From NCBI RefSeq assembly GCF_006345805.1, contig NC_043000.1, positions 115,878,001 through 115,942,000 of the forward strand: a stretch of 64,000 bases of DNA, read 5' to 3'. Below, piece after piece: positions 10,962 through 25,149 of this stretch. The position numbers and the translations under genes are program-made. The notes beneath the pieces were generated by a model. It was not told where the DNA came from. It did no database searches and saw only the letters and a program-made list of their open reading frames with translations. The stretch comes from Octopus sinensis (lineage: Eukaryota). The number at the start of each line of letters is the position of its first letter. Position 1 is the first letter of the stretch.

Positions 10962-13900
10962 CAAAAATATAGTTCAACTTTCAAAAATGAATTGGGTACA
11001 AATAACCCCTCCTTAAGAAAATTACAAAAATAAAAAAGAAAAACCAAACAACCCACGAACAACCCACGAACAACCCCCAACTATCCTCCATACACTAAAA
11101 ACAGAAATCACCCACAACCAACCTTTGGAAACCACGCAAGACCTAACAGGGAACTAGCTGACAGACGACACGTCTATGAAATAAATTACAACAAAAACAG
11201 AACATACCAACAACATCCTAATACCAGACCCAACCACCATACAGCACAAAACGACACAAGAATAAGAAATACACCACACACAAGTCGCTACTACCCCATG
11301 AACCAAAATTACTGGTCCCCACTGAACACAAGACAAACGCAAAACATCACTATGTCAAGCAACATCCCACATACAAGCAGTTCGAAACAAAAATATTTCA
11401 CATACAGAAATTTTACACACACCACAAACAAAAACAACCATAGATTCCCCCCCACACACAACGATCGGGGGCAACAATACCACCATTCCCCCCCCGACCC
11501 AATATCACACAACTCACAGACAACTCATACAACAAAATTACACCCAACATTTTTTAGCCAGGGACCAGAGACACCAGGACAGGCTGGCTGGAACCTAGTA
11601 ATAAGGAAATACCGAAGATAATCAATCTCTCAACCAAACATCTTTCTAACATAAAAATTGACATCCTCTCAAAGGGCTCAAATTTACACCAACTCCACGC
11701 AGAGCCAACCTAAATGAAATCAAGGATATATAACAGAATTTTGCAGAAAATTAAGACTAGCAGAAGCATCAACCAGTTTCAATACTGAAGATGAATCACT
11801 AGTCAAGAACAAAAGTGAACACATCCCACACAGAGGAAGAAATAAAGATCTTGATGAATTCTGTAACCACATTGAAAACTTCCCCTACCATACTATACAT
11901 AAACAGAAAGTTAACTCAAATTTTAACACTACACAATGGAAGGAACTGATAGAACTTCAAAATGATGAGGATATAACCATTAAGGAAGCAGACAAGGGAA
12001 ATGCAGTTGTAATAATGGATACATCATACTATAGAAATCTAGTAATTTCCTTGCTTGATGACGACCTACATTATGAAAAAATTACCAACTAAACCCCACA
12101 AAAAAATAATGAAAACTCTATCTTCACTAATTAAAACCCATGAAAAGGAACTAACAACCAAAGAGATTGACTTTCTAACAAACTTTAAATGCAAACCTAG
12201 CCTTTTCTATGGTCTGCCAAAAATCCATAAAAGCCAAATTATAAATGAAACCATTAAAAATCACCAAAGACATACATAACACCTAACCCGGGGGACCTAA
12301 AACTACGACCCATTGTAGCTGGCCCAACCTGTGAAACACACAGACTAAGTCTATTTATGACATCCTCCTGAAACCCTTCCTTAAACATATCGATAGCCAT
12401 ATCAGAGATGACTTAGATATGTTAAACCACCTCCCAAAAAAAAGCCAAGGAAGAAACAATTCTGGTTTCATTTGATGTAGTTAACTTATATACCAGTATA
12501 CCTCATAATTATGGACTAGAGGCAATACAGTTCTGGCTGGACCAATTTCCGGAAGAAATACCAAAAAGGATCAGTAAAGAATTCATTACTAAATCAATTG
12601 AATTCATCCTACATAATAACCACTTCATGTTTGACAATACATTTTACCGTCAAAAATCCGGAATTGCTATGGGTACAAGGGCAGCACCAGTCATTGCGAA
12701 CCTAACAATGGGCTACATGGAAATAATCATTTACCAGGAATCTTTATCAATCTTTGGAACCCCCTTTCTCAATACATAAAAAGAATTGGAAACGATTCTT
12801 AGACGATTGTTTATACTCTGGAATGAAAACACAGATAAACTCCTAAATTTAAAAACCTATTGAACAGCATAAACCCAAATATACAGTTCACAATGGAATA
12901 CAACCAGAAGGAGCTCCCGTTCTTGGATATACTAATTTAAAAAATTAACCTTAAAATAGAAACAGACATTTTTTACAAAGCCACAGACGCCAAACAACAC
13001 CTTCTTTTTAATTCATGCCACCCAAGACACACTAAAACAAACATCCCCTTCAACCTTACAAGAAGGATATGCACAATAGTGTCAGAACAAAATACCAGGA
13101 ACTTTAGACTGCAAGAACTCAAAAACACCCTAATTGACAGATATTACCCAACTCAACTCATAGAGGATGGGATCAGACGTGCAACAGAAATCAACATAGA
13201 AACTTTAAGAAAAGTTCAACACAACAACACACCTTCCCCGAAAATACTACCTTACATATCTACATACAACCCCAGAAACAAAGAAGCCTTCACCATCATC
13301 ACCCAGAATTTACCAATACTTCATAAGGACCCCAAATTAAAGGAAATTCTTAACATATACCAAATCATTAAAAGCTACAAACAACCTAAATCACTTAAAA
13401 AGATTCTCACAAAGGCAAAATTGTTTTCTGAAATTACGGATGCAAAAGTAAAAAAATGTGGTAGATCGAACTGTGCCACATGTCCAAACCTGCTAGAAGG
13501 ATCAGAATTCCTCTTTAAAGAGGACAGAAATTCAAGATCAATCTAACTTTACTTGTGCCTCTGAAAACATATTTATGTCATAAAATGCTCGGGCTGCCAC
13601 CAAGACTACGTGGGATCCACGGGACTATCACTCAGACGTAGATGCACACTGCATCGACAACAGATTGCATTCCCAGAATACAGAATGATACCTTTTAGTG
13701 AACATTTGAAAATGCGCAAAGCAACTACTACCACAATTTTTAATCTTTCCATTTTACCAATGTGCTATCGGATCATCAACACAAATTAGACTAAACAAGG
13801 AAACATTCTTCATTGAAAAGTACAAGCCCATACTTAACTATGTCAACATACTGATACAGAGAAATTCACACCAAGGGAAAGGAGAAAAAGTTTTAAAAAT

Positions 13901-14165
13901 TTTAAGCGATTATCTCCCTTACACCGGAAGAAATCACTCATTACCTCCCCTTATTTAGAACTCTTTTAATCATAAACATAAAGATAACTCTGTTCAAGAT
14001 AAACATAACGTCGTAAGAAATTTGAAAAGCTAAACGCGAAACCGGTCTTTCTTCAAAACTATGTCATTATAAGAAAAAAAAATGTTTTAATATTCGTCAG
14101 ACATATTGCGCAAATATATATTTTTTAACCTTAAGCCTTCTGTGGTTTTTTCACTTTTTACTATT
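10959..14165 (+). mobile_element. Penelope-like retroelement (RT + C-terminal GIY-YIG), decayed, inserted in a (TA)n tract
   Basis: NLS..LSKGLKFTPTP, KEADKGNAVV, FYGLPKIHK, LRPIVAG, SFDVVNLYTSIPH, GIAMGT, RFLDDCF, ELPFLD, IYVIKC..YVGSTG in shifting frames; (TA)n on both flanks. Confidence 0.93.
14015..14053 (+). ncRNA. Minimal hammerhead motif with U3-A8 core variant in the 3' terminal region of the PLE
   Basis: AAGAAA(U) UUGAAAA GC-UAAAC-GC GAAA CCGG UC UUUCUU: stem I AAGAAA/UUUCUU, palindromic ACCGGU stem III, GUC site. Confidence 0.55.
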
Positions 14166-14247
14166 TTCTATATATATATATAGATATATATATATAATAT
14201 ATTATTATATATATATATATAAACACACATATATGTATGTATATATT

Positions 14248-14403
14248 GGCACAGGAGTGGCTGTGTGGTAAGTAGCATGCTTATCAACCACACGAGTTCA
14301 ATCTCACTGCGTGGCACCTTGGCCAAGTGTTTTCTACTATATCCTCGGGCCGACCAAAGCGTTGTGAGTGGATTTGGTAGACGGAAACTGAAAGAAACCC
14401 CGC

Positions 14404-14404
<1 letters not shown>
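14248..14404 (+). mobile_element. Family A SINE head
   Basis: GGCACAGGAGTGGCTGTGTGGTAAG...GCGTGGCACCTTGGCCAAGTG...ACGGAAACTGAAAGAAACCC. Confidence 0.9.
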
Positions 14405-14472
<68 letters not shown>

Positions 14473-14497
14473 GTATGTGTACATGTTTGTGTGTCTG

Positions 14498-14710
14498 TTT
14501 ATTTCTTTCAGTCATTTGACTGCAGCCTTGCTAGAGCACCGCCGTTCGTTGACCTACTCGTTGTAACCCTAGTACTTATTCTATCGGTCTCTTTTGTCGA
14601 ACTACTAAGCTACGGGGACGTAAACACACTGATATCGGTTGTCAATTGATGGTGGGAGGACAAACACAGACACACAAACATATACACACATGCATATACA
14701 TATATATATA

Positions 14711-14766
<56 letters not shown>

Positions 14767-15015
14767 TATACACACATACACACTCATAGGCACACATAGA
14801 CAGACACACTCATACACGCACACGTCACAGATCACTCTACACACGCATATGCATACGAGAAGCTTTATTCAGTTTCTCTCTACCAAATACACTCACAAGT
14901 TTTTGAGCGACCTGTGGCAATAGTAGAAGTCACTTACCCAAGCTATCACGCAGCGGGACTGAGCCCGAGACCATGTAGTTGGGAATCAAAGTGTTACCAT
15001 ACAGCTATTCTTGCA
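14498..15015 (-). mobile_element. Composite A+B SINE with expanded (~180 bp) internal microsatellite
   Basis: B tail 14498-14670, microsatellite, A head 14855-15015, all on minus strand. Confidence 0.8.
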
Positions 15016-16037
15016 TCATATAGAACAGTTTCCGACGCATTTTACAGAGAGGAGAAGTAGATTTCACTTTTAGCGTGGATTGTGTGGAGAGTACGTGAAT
15101 TTAGTCTGCTTCTTGTTTGAGAAATGGGAAGACAGTTTGTCCGGACAGGATTAGCTAACCTTAGCGTTGTGTCTTTTCAAATGTTTGATATATATATATA
15201 TAAATATCGATAAGAAATATTTACTCTGTATAAGTTGAAAGTTCTCTATGTGTACTCGCTTCTTATTGCCGTTCCTTCGAGCAAGATTAACAATAAGTAC
15301 GGAGTGATACTCTAAAATGTATCCTGGTCCAATTGTAGATCTGAGACGCCATTATATATTCGGGTTCAAATTTTCTATTCAAGGGGTCGGAATACTGCCA
15401 AACTATCAACACCGCAGTGTCAACAGATCAGAATAATCGTTGAAGAACGAGAATTCAAAACAACAAATTATGTGAGAAAATTCGATTATTAATATATGAT
15501 ACGTTGCAGGGCAACAGTCAAGATGATATTGTTACCAAAATTACAATATTTAAGAACATTACAATAACAATCATATTAGAAGATTACTCTAGTAAACAAT
15601 TACACAGACACCCCCCTCTACACACACACATATACAAAAAGTGATAGGAAAACGTAAACAGCGTTAGCATGTCGATATAAAAAAAAGCGTCTCAGAAAAA
15701 GGAATTCTCACATCAACGAAAACGTTTAATATTGATCGCTTCCGAATAACATGGCAAAACAGAAAATGAAGATAAAAATTGACATAGGTTCTTAAACGCT
15801 ATATCTATTTGAAATATAAGGAAACGTATAATTAGTTTTCAGTATGTGTGTATACAGTACAGAATAACTCTTTCTTACTTTCTTAGTACACGGTACGTCA
15901 TATCATTCATTTTTATACTTTTTGAGATCTAGTTATAAGTTATATGATTTATAAAAAAATATGTATTTTTTGTTATTTATGTTTTGTTTATGTCTATCAC
16001 TGTTTGAGTTGCATAATAGTCGTTTATCTATATATAT

Positions 16038-16079
<42 letters not shown>

Positions 16080-16228
16080 ACTAAATACTATACTATTGGT
16101 CCATAACTGATGAAGATTACGGGGCCTTTGTTTGTCTCCCGTTGTTTTACATTCAGTATTCGTTAAGTCATTTGTTTCTTATCATATATTTTTTCATTTA
16201 TTAAATAATGGAACACGACACACACCTA

Positions 16229-16264
<36 letters not shown>

Positions 16265-16266
<2 letters not shown>

Positions 16267-16630
16267 TTTATTTCTTTTACTTGTTTCAGTCATTTGATTG
16301 TGGCCATGCTGGGGCACCGCCTTTAGTCGAACAAATCGACCTCAGGACTTATTCGACTTATTCTTTGTAAGCCTAGTACTTATCCTATCGGTCTCATTTG
16401 CCGAACCGCTAATTTACGGGGACGTAAAGACACCAACATCGGTTGTCAAGCGATGGTGGGGGACAAACACAGACACACAAATACATACATATATACAAAT
16501 ATTTCATACATTCATATATGTGTGTATATATATATGTATGTATAATATATATATATATATAACGGGAAGGTTTACGAAAATAAACAAAAGACGAAGGCAG
16601 GTTGAGTACTCACACACACACACACATATA

Positions 16631-16663
<33 letters not shown>

Positions 16664-16671
16664 ACACATAC

Positions 16672-16740
<69 letters not shown>

Positions 16741-16878
16741 TCGACGGGGTCTTTCAGTTTCCACCTACGAAATCAACTCACAAAGCTTTGGTCGGTTCGA
16801 GGCTATAGTAGAAGTCAGTCGCCCAGAAACCAGAACCATGTAGTTTGGAAGCAAGCCTCTTACCACTGAGCCACGCCT

Positions 16879-16882
<4 letters not shown>
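16265..16882 (-). mobile_element. Composite A+B SINE; internal microsatellite carries a PLE-type terminal-repeat fragment (~16560-16615)
   Basis: B tail 16265-16480, A head 16740-16882; inserted piece matches 25260-25310. Confidence 0.8.
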
Positions 16883-16912
<30 letters not shown>

Positions 16913-17919
16913 ATAATATATATATACATTTAATAATATGTATATATTATAATAATTATTCATTTCAAGAATTAACAATAATTACCGAGTAGTTTCGGAA
17001 TGGAAATATAACCATTATCGGTAGGAACTTTTACAAAAAGTTCTTTATACTCGGTAGGTTGAAAAACATCATACTGCGATATTTGTGGATGGGGTTCCCG
17101 CTCATGGAGTTCAGAGATGAAAGATTTAAACACATATAATATGCAAAGTAGGAACTCCAGGAAACTGGAGGTACTAAATTGGATCTGTATATAAACAGAT
17201 TGTTTCGTTGTTCTCTGGAATTGATCAAATGATGTAGACAACACTGATACATTGATTAAGACTATCCACTTTCATATAATACACATACTGCTTCATATTT
17301 CGAGTATTTATAACTTGCAAAACTATGTCAATCTCCATTTTTAGCCTTTATAAGGTAAATCTTTATATTTAGAATATGTCATATTTATACTACAATGGCG
17401 TATGTCTGTCTTTTGACATTGTCGTATTTTGTCTTATTTATGTCGTCTCAAAGCAAATCAACATAATATTGAAATTTTCTTATTTGTTGTATCGATAAGC
17501 TTCTTTTTAATATTCCGAGGTTAATGTTGTCTGTCTTTTCGAACGGTTTTATCGCTGTGTTTGTTTTCTAAACGGCTTTTTTTCTTCTAATGTGATTATT
17601 ATCATAATGACTGTAATTACTCTCGTAATTTTGTTAGCAGTAACTTACTCATCATTGTCAAACAACACAACATGTTTTAATAAGTTCTGCTATATCGAAT
17701 TTCTTTTGTTGCTGTATTAGTTTGTCATTGTTGAAAGATTAGTCGTCAGACATTGGTGGAGATGTATTGATGGGTTGGTTATAATTCTCACCCAATCGAT
17801 TTTTCAATCAAAATCAGAACTCATGGTTTGTGCTTGTTTTGTTGTTTTTTCATATACATACTTATGTACATGCCATGCGTATATCAATAAAATTATATAT
17901 ATATATATATAGTTGTGGT

Positions 17920-18075
17920 ATGTTGTCAACTTAATGTGACAGTCCCATGAAAGGGAATGATACTACTGCTATTTAGCCCTAGGAAGCACCGCTTCCTGTC
18001 AGACTTGACACATTTCCTGTCTCCTTATGTTTACAAAGGGGAAGATTTGCACCTCCACCCAGCAAAGCCAGCACT
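17920..18075. mobile_element. Old, single-arm copy of the 49314-49701 MITE
   Basis: TACTACTGCTATTTAGCCCTAGGAAGCA..GACACA..TCCTTAT..CCACCCAGCA aligns with the left arm at ~49340-49475. Confidence 0.5.
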
Positions 18076-18117
18076 CAGAGTCTAGTTTCTTAGTCAATGC
18101 TCGTCATAAGTCTGGGG

Positions 18118-18285
<168 letters not shown>

Positions 18286-18436
18286 GTTGGTGTTGGTTGG
18301 CTGCGTGTACGCGTGTGCGTGTCTAAAAACGTAAACAAAAATGAATGGGCTGAGCGAACAAACTTCATTGCATAATACTACAATTGTTTCATCTTCACTT
18401 TACCAGCAAATTATTACCGAAATATTGTTATTATTA

Positions 18437-18470
<34 letters not shown>

Positions 18471-18605
18471 CATTATTATTAAGGCGGCGAGGTGGCAAAA
18501 TCGATAGAACACTGGATGACGTAATGGCGTTCCATTCAATATGGGGTTTGTATGTGCTGAAAATCCAGAGAAGCGACATCACGGGCCTATTGGCATGATG
18601 TAAAC

Positions 18606-18695
18606 TTATAAGTTGACTACCGATAGTATTTCTTGGATTCCAGTTTTCATTTGTCCTCTCAACCTGGCTAACTGTGATTCTTTGAGAAATGGTTT
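18606..18695 (-). CDS. Candidate terminal coding exon of an unidentified host gene (KPFLKESQLARLRGQMKTGIQEILSVVNL*)
   Basis: Acceptor TTTTCTATTGTATTTATTCCTATACAG; 29 codons then TAA; phase 0 fits candidate exon 35423-35592; no homology recognised. Confidence 0.3.
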   Translation of the reverse strand, partial: KPFLKESQLARLRGQMKTGIQEILSVVNL

Positions 18696-19419
18696 CTGTA
18701 TAGGAATAAATACAATAGAAAATGCAAGCCGAAAGATGTCTGGTATAACCAGGTTTTAAAATAACCGTGCATTTAGATAGAAATTCAGAAATCTCGGCTG
18801 GTTCCCTTAAGCCTCCCAAGAAACAATACGGTACAAGCCTTTTCAATTTGAGTAAAAAAAAAAAAATGCTGATATATAAATTGATGTAAAAGAGATACAA
18901 TACTACTATTGAATATAAAAGCTATGGAGTTGTTGGAAACGATAAAGCCTCGAACTAAATTCCCCACAGCATTTCGCTTTCTACCTCTCGATCCTGAGTT
19001 CAAAACCCGCTAGTGCTCCATAAAACCACTTTTAGTTCATATACATATCTACGCTCTTTCTCTCTCTCTCACAGATACATATGAATTAAAAATAGATTTA
19101 AGGAGAGCTATACACATACGCGCGCGCACGCGCACATACGTGCGCATGCGTATATATCATGCAAATAATTGCATGGTCCACCAGAAGAGAAAAAAGAAAA
19201 AAAATACGTTGGAAATTGAGATGGGGCATTTAGGAATTTAAGAAAGCATTCATAAATAAATATAAAAACAAACGCAATAAAATAATAATAATAATAACAA
19301 TAATAATATTAATAATAATAATAATAATGATAATAATAATAATAGTAACAATAATAATAACAACAACGATAATAATAATAATAACAATAATAACAACAAC
19401 AATAATAATAATAATGATT

Positions 19420-19650
19420 ATTTCTTTATTGCCCTCGAGGGGCTAAACATAGAGGGGACAAACAAGAACAGACAAAGGGATTTAGTCGATGACATCGACC
19501 CAGTGCGTAACTGCAACTTTATTTATCGACCCCGAAAGGATGAAAGGCAAAGTCGACCTCGGTGGAATTTGAACTCAGAACGTATCGGCAGACGAAATAC
19601 CGCTAAGCATTTCGCCCGGCGCGCTAACGTTTCCGCCAGCTCGCCGCCTA
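19420..19650 (-). mobile_element. Family C SINE, full length, flanked by (AAT)n
   Basis: Complete head (GGCGGCGAGCTGGC on minus) to tail (..GGGCAATAAAGAAATA). Confidence 0.9.
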
Positions 19651-20131
19651 ATAATAATAATAATAATAATAATAATATAATAATAATAATATATTTTAAA
19701 AAGCTATTGTTTGATTACATTAGGACTCGACATAATCTCAATAACCGTGGATCGGATGTAATGTGTATAAAGTAAAGAAATGTCAAATAGTGCGAATTAC
19801 GGTGAAATGTCAGTCTAAGGAAATGAACGTGAAGGCGCAGACGATGTGAAATATTAGTATTTCAACTAAAACAGTTCAAATATATACCAATTAAAACTGA
19901 CTTGAGGCAGTCAAGGAGCCAGGTCATAGATCAGACAGTATGTAAATGGAATAGTGGCTTTAAGAATGCTAAGGGTACGTTAAAAGTAATAAATAAAACA
20001 AACTCGATTAATATAATTGATAAAAATATTGTAAACTATGCCGCAGCACGAACAATAACCTGATGCAGAACTGAAATCAATGAAAAGACACACACACACA
20101 CACACACACACAAATACACATACACACACAA

Positions 20132-20162
<31 letters not shown>

Positions 20163-20173
20163 AATACACATAC

Positions 20174-20209
<36 letters not shown>

Positions 20210-20687
20210 TAAACTGAGATAACCAAAGAAACTTTGTAAAAAGATATGACAAATAAAATGCCATATTAAAAAGGAATAAAAAATATATGATGTTAAATAA
20301 ATAGTCCTGGACAAAAAGCAAACATTGGAAGCGAAAGACAAACTTTAGAAAAATAAAGAATAATCTTATTTGTATTTTGTAATAATATTTGTAATTTAGA
20401 AGCAATTTCTAAAGAAAATATAGTTGTTTGAAAGCAGTTCAATAATGTTAATATAGCTTTTCGTGATGATAAACAAGAAAATTGTTGAGATAGTTAAACA
20501 ATACATTAAAGTCTGACGTAGCCTATTAAAGTATGAAGTACTGGCATTTAGGGAGAAAGTATGTAAAGGAACGGAAGAAATATTGATATGGCAAATTGAT
20601 AAAATATATCAAAATATGTTATATGCAGCGACAAAAATCGATATCACTTAGAATGAGTAGGACTTAGAAATAGGAAGTTAAAAATGG

Positions 20688-20848
20688 CGCAGGTGTAGTT
20701 GTGTGGTAAGAAGTATGCTTCTCAACAATATGGTTCCGGGTTCAGTCCCACTGCGTGGCACCCTGGGCAAGTGTCTCTACTATAGCCCTGGCTGACCAAA
20801 GCCTTGCGGTTAGTGGATTTAGTACACAGATAGTGAAAGAAGCCATCG
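20688..20848 (+). mobile_element. Family A SINE head
   Basis: GGCGCAGGTGTAGTTGTGTGGTAAG..GGTTCAGTCCCACTGCGTGGCACCCTGGGCAAGTGTC. Confidence 0.88.
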
Positions 20849-21753
20849 TATATATATATATATATATGTATGTGTGTGCGGGTGGGGATGCAGATGGTGT
20901 GGTGGGGGTGTAGATGATGGTGTGTTGTGTGGGAGCTGGGAAGTGTTTAGTGCTATTGTGTGTGCAGTGGTGTGTGGTGGTGCAGGTGTGGAACGTGAGG
21001 GTGGGGTGTGGGTGTAAGCATGTGGGGGTGGAGGTGTAGGGTACGAATGGGGTATGTGTAAGTGGATGTATGGGGGTGGGTGGTGGATGGTGGGGGTATC
21101 AATGAAGAGAGAAGGTAGGTAGGAGTGAAGAGAGGGAGTAGGTGTGAAAGCAAGAGAGGAGATAGGGGATTCAGATAAAGAAGGGAGAGGAGTTGAGTCC
21201 ACATAGCGTAAAGGAGCGAAGAGAGAAGATTAATTCTTGTTCACGGTGAAGGCGGGATTCCGGATAGCCACTGTGTAAAGACAACCCGAGCACAGACACA
21301 CACAAAATGATGATTACACTTTTACATACTTGTGTATATATTCGTAAGAGCAGCAACGGTCTGTACATGGATGCAGTAATGTATTGAATTTAAGCATGCG
21401 TTGGGATGGTGGCGAAATATTTTCTGGCTCTATACATGTATACACATACATACAGTCACAAACATGCACACACACACACACACATGCACATACATATATA
21501 CACATATAGATAGGGGTATAGATATAAGTATTTGGAAAGAATTCTTTAAAAATGATGAAATATATGATTTAAACTGCAGAGTAATTTTCGTCTAGTCGTT
21601 TACATTGAGAGAAATATGGCAACGAAAAGTAAAGGAAATGAAGTTTCGGTAAAGGATACGACAGCTTTAATGGCAGGAAATATGAATCTTTTATTGTGAA
21701 TCTGGAACAAAAGGTACGACATTGTACGTCATTAATATTGGTTTGCAATGGCT

Positions 21754-21848
21754 GTTAGCTATACGAGTCGGACTTGTTTCCTGCCTGTAGAGTGATTGTC
21801 CCGTGTGACTGAATGTGGTCGTTCAATGTGCTACACACTTTCTCTGAC

Positions 21849-21893
<45 letters not shown>

Positions 21894-21925
21894 GGGCAGA
21901 AACAAATCCGACTCGTATAGCTAAC
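21754..21925. repeat. ~31-bp inverted repeat enclosing ~110 bp that includes (TA)n; possible MITE
   Basis: GTTAGCTATACGAGTCGGACTTGTTTCCTGCC vs GGCAGAAACAAATCCGACTCGTATAGCTAAC. Confidence 0.65.
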
Positions 21926-22749
21926 ATATATATATATATGTATATGTATATATTTATGTATATATATAATATATAATATATATATGTATATATATTATAT
22001 ATATATATATAATATATACATATGTATGTGTATATATGTATATATGTATGCATATATGTATGTATAACGAATAACAATCTTTTTTAAAAATCGTAATCTA
22101 TCTATTTGCGAAAAACGAGATTGCATTCTTCAAAGTAGAGAACAGCAATCTACAATACTGGAAGAAATTGCTAGACCACAAAATGGCAGACCACAAAATG
22201 ATCCGAGAAGAAGCGAAAGAGTGAACAAGAGTGTTGCGCCTGAACACTACCGGGAGATGCAATACCGTTGATAAAGTAAAGAACTATTTATGTTGCTGAC
22301 AACATTGACCAGTAAAACGACAACGAGCGAGGGTCACTTGCGACAAAGAAAAATACAATGTTGGACGTTTGGCTTTGAAAGAACGACACGGTAATAACGT
22401 TATTGTTATGCAAATTGTGGTAGCTTTGTCTATAAGCTGATCAAAGCTGTTTAAGGACAGCAGCGCGGTCTTTTGATTAGCACAATACAATACGACACGA
22501 AACGAACGACGATGCCAATCGTATATAAGACACACACACACGCATACATACACACATATACACGTAGGAAAACAGACGTAGACAGGCGTTTGAATAGAAT
22601 AAAACAAAACGATATTCATATCAATAGTTTTCTATTGCCTGTTCAGTGATTATATTCTATTGTTGTCACATCGCCTAAATAGATTTTGTATTGAAATGCC
22701 CAGAAACTAACAACGCAGAAAGCATATGACAGCAGTTATATACATACTT

Positions 22750-22769
22750 ACATACATGCATATATATAT

Positions 22770-22812
<43 letters not shown>

Positions 22813-22916
22813 ATATATATTACTATATATATATAAATATATATATATATACACACACCATATATATACTATATATATACATATACACATATATATATCA
22901 CATATATATTACATAC

Positions 22917-22947
<31 letters not shown>

Positions 22948-23157
22948 CATATATATACATACAATACATATATATATATATACATACATATATATATACA
23001 TCATATATATATTACATACATATATATAATATACTACATATATATATACATACATACATATATATATACATACATACATTATATATATATACATTATATA
23101 GCATATATATATATACAACACACACACGCAATATATATATATATATATATATATATA

Positions 23158-23207
<50 letters not shown>

Positions 23208-23230
23208 TATATATATATTATATATATATA
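22750..23230. repeat. ~480-bp interrupted (TA)n/(TACA)n tract
   Basis: Direct reading. Confidence 0.95.
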
Positions 23231-23529
23231 TATGATAGAAATAGGTTTCAAAAAGAAAATAAAACTATACGTGGAAAAGATATGGGCAAAGTAAAAAGTA
23301 AAAATAGTGTAAATGCACATTGAATATCAAAAAAATAAAGGCTATTTTTATGAAAAGTAGCGATAAATAAATACAATTAGACGAACTGAGGTAGAATTAA
23401 GAGGAATTAAATTCATTATTTGGAATTGTTTAAGAGATTCAAAGTCAGAGATTCATTGCTGTGCACTGGCTTTGAAGGTATATATATATATATATACACA
23501 CACCACACACATATATATATATGTGTATA

Positions 23530-23788
23530 TAATGATAAACGTCGCCCTTTTCAAGCCTAGCTCATGGGCCCGGTTTCCCCGTTTCTGGACTCAAGAAACA
23601 GGAAAAGAGAGTGAGAGAAAGTTGTGGCGAAAGAGTACACCAGGGGTCGCCACCACCCCTTGCCGGAGACTCGTGTAGCTTTTAGGTGTTTTCGCTCAAT
23701 AAACATACACCGCGCCCAATCTGGGAATCGAAGCCACGGTCCTCCGACCGCGAGTCCGCTGCCCTAACCACTGGGCCATTGCGCCTCC
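23530..23788 (-). mobile_element. Family D SINE
   Basis: Minus-strand head GGAGGCGCAATGGCCCAGTGGTTAGGGCAGCGGACTCGCGGTCG. Confidence 0.9.
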
Positions 23789-23790
23789 AC

Positions 23791-23823
<33 letters not shown>

Positions 23824-24360
23824 TGTATGTATGTATGTATGTATGTATGTATGTATGTATGTATGTATGTACGTACGTACGTACGTACATCCTACCCACA
23901 CTAAGTTCTCCATCCCCTACTCCTAATTCCTCTGTCTGCGCAGGATCTGCAGTGATTACCATGACTTTGAGACTCAGTCTCAGTTCATGGCTTGCCACTT
24001 AATCCTTCGTGGATATCCTTTCACCCCTACCCACAGAGCCCTTACCAGAGCACGTTCCATAGACTTCATTTCATGTTTACGTATACGAGAAAATACAAGT
24101 AACATTCACTGGACAACTCTTTCCCTCCTCTAGCCTCTATATCTGCAAACCGCGATCCGAATTTCAATCTCACTCATCTCATCCTCCAAAACCCACAAAC
24201 CACACATTCCGTAATACACAAATCACGCACTCTCAATTTATAGCGCCCTCTACAGTCTAACTCTTTTGTCTAATCTAAACTATATTTTAGCTGCTTTGTT
24301 CAAGTTGGTGTTTGTACGAAAATAGGATTTATTCTTTGGATATTCGTAACAAAGACTTAC

Positions 24361-24685
24361 CGTTATTTCTTTTGCTCTGGTACTTGTACTTGGAGCGGGA
24401 TTCACCCGATGGGTCCAGTCGGCTCCGAGTAAATAGTTCATCTCGTCCCTCATTAGGGTCGGCCGCAGTCGAGCCTGTAAAGGATACCTTGACGTCATTC
24501 GCTGTTGCGGTGTAGAATTCATGTTCGGTGTTTCAGTGGGACTACAAACTCACATGTACTCGGTCACTTGCACGCACGTTTTGGGATTGTGTGATCCATA
24601 GCAGCTCATATCTCCATCGTCTGTCGACGTCGAAAAAGGAGTCATTGACCAAGTCACCGCCGATTATCGGAGCAGACGTAGCCAT
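24361..24685 (-). other. ATG-initiated reading frame with strong donors; candidate first coding exon or TE-derived ORF start
   Basis: AAAACCATGG context; MATSAPIIGGDLVNDSFFDVDRRWRYELLWITQSQNVRASDRVH then CAT|GTGAGT (exon 24554-24685); same frame resumes after two stops to AACG|GTAAGT at 24361. Confidence 0.25.
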
Positions 24686-25149
24686 GGTTTTTGCTCTAGT
24701 TCATTTATTCCGCTAAACCAGTAACAGAAAAAGCTGCAGCCTACGGGACTTTCTGAATGTCACACCAACGAAATATTACCTTGAAATTCCTAGTGGGACA
24801 GTCCGCCCGATGAGGAGACATGTCTTATGTGGATCCCTTTGGCGCTAGGGGTTGCTCATTAGTGCTTTAAGCTTATCTGGTGTTTCTACAATTCCTTAAA
24901 CTTTTCCAAATAGTCTCAGTCGTTCAAGTGACTAACAAATTTCTCTGATATCACGGTAAGAAATTTTCTTTGTAACCACATGGTTCTGAGTTCAGTTCCA
25001 CTGACGAAAGCCTTGCGAGTGTATTTGGTAGACAGAAACAGAAAGTGGATCTATTGTTTAGGAAAATGCTATTTATTTATTTAAGAGTTGTACTGCATAA
25101 ATTGCGAAAAGAACTCTAACAGTTCGAATAGTAAGTTAGCCACCACACA

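Noticed and set aside
16990-17110. Minus-strand frame EREPHPQISQYDVFQPTEYKELFVKVPTDNGYISIPKLL, loosely EF-hand-like
   Set aside because: Weak acceptor, key EF-hand acidic ligands missing, and it lies downstream of the stop in the candidate terminal exon.
22330-22500. Cluster of Sox/homeobox-like short motifs here and at 27840-27930 (possible enhancers)
   Set aside because: Such 5-6-mers are expected by chance in AT-rich DNA; needs cross-species conservation.
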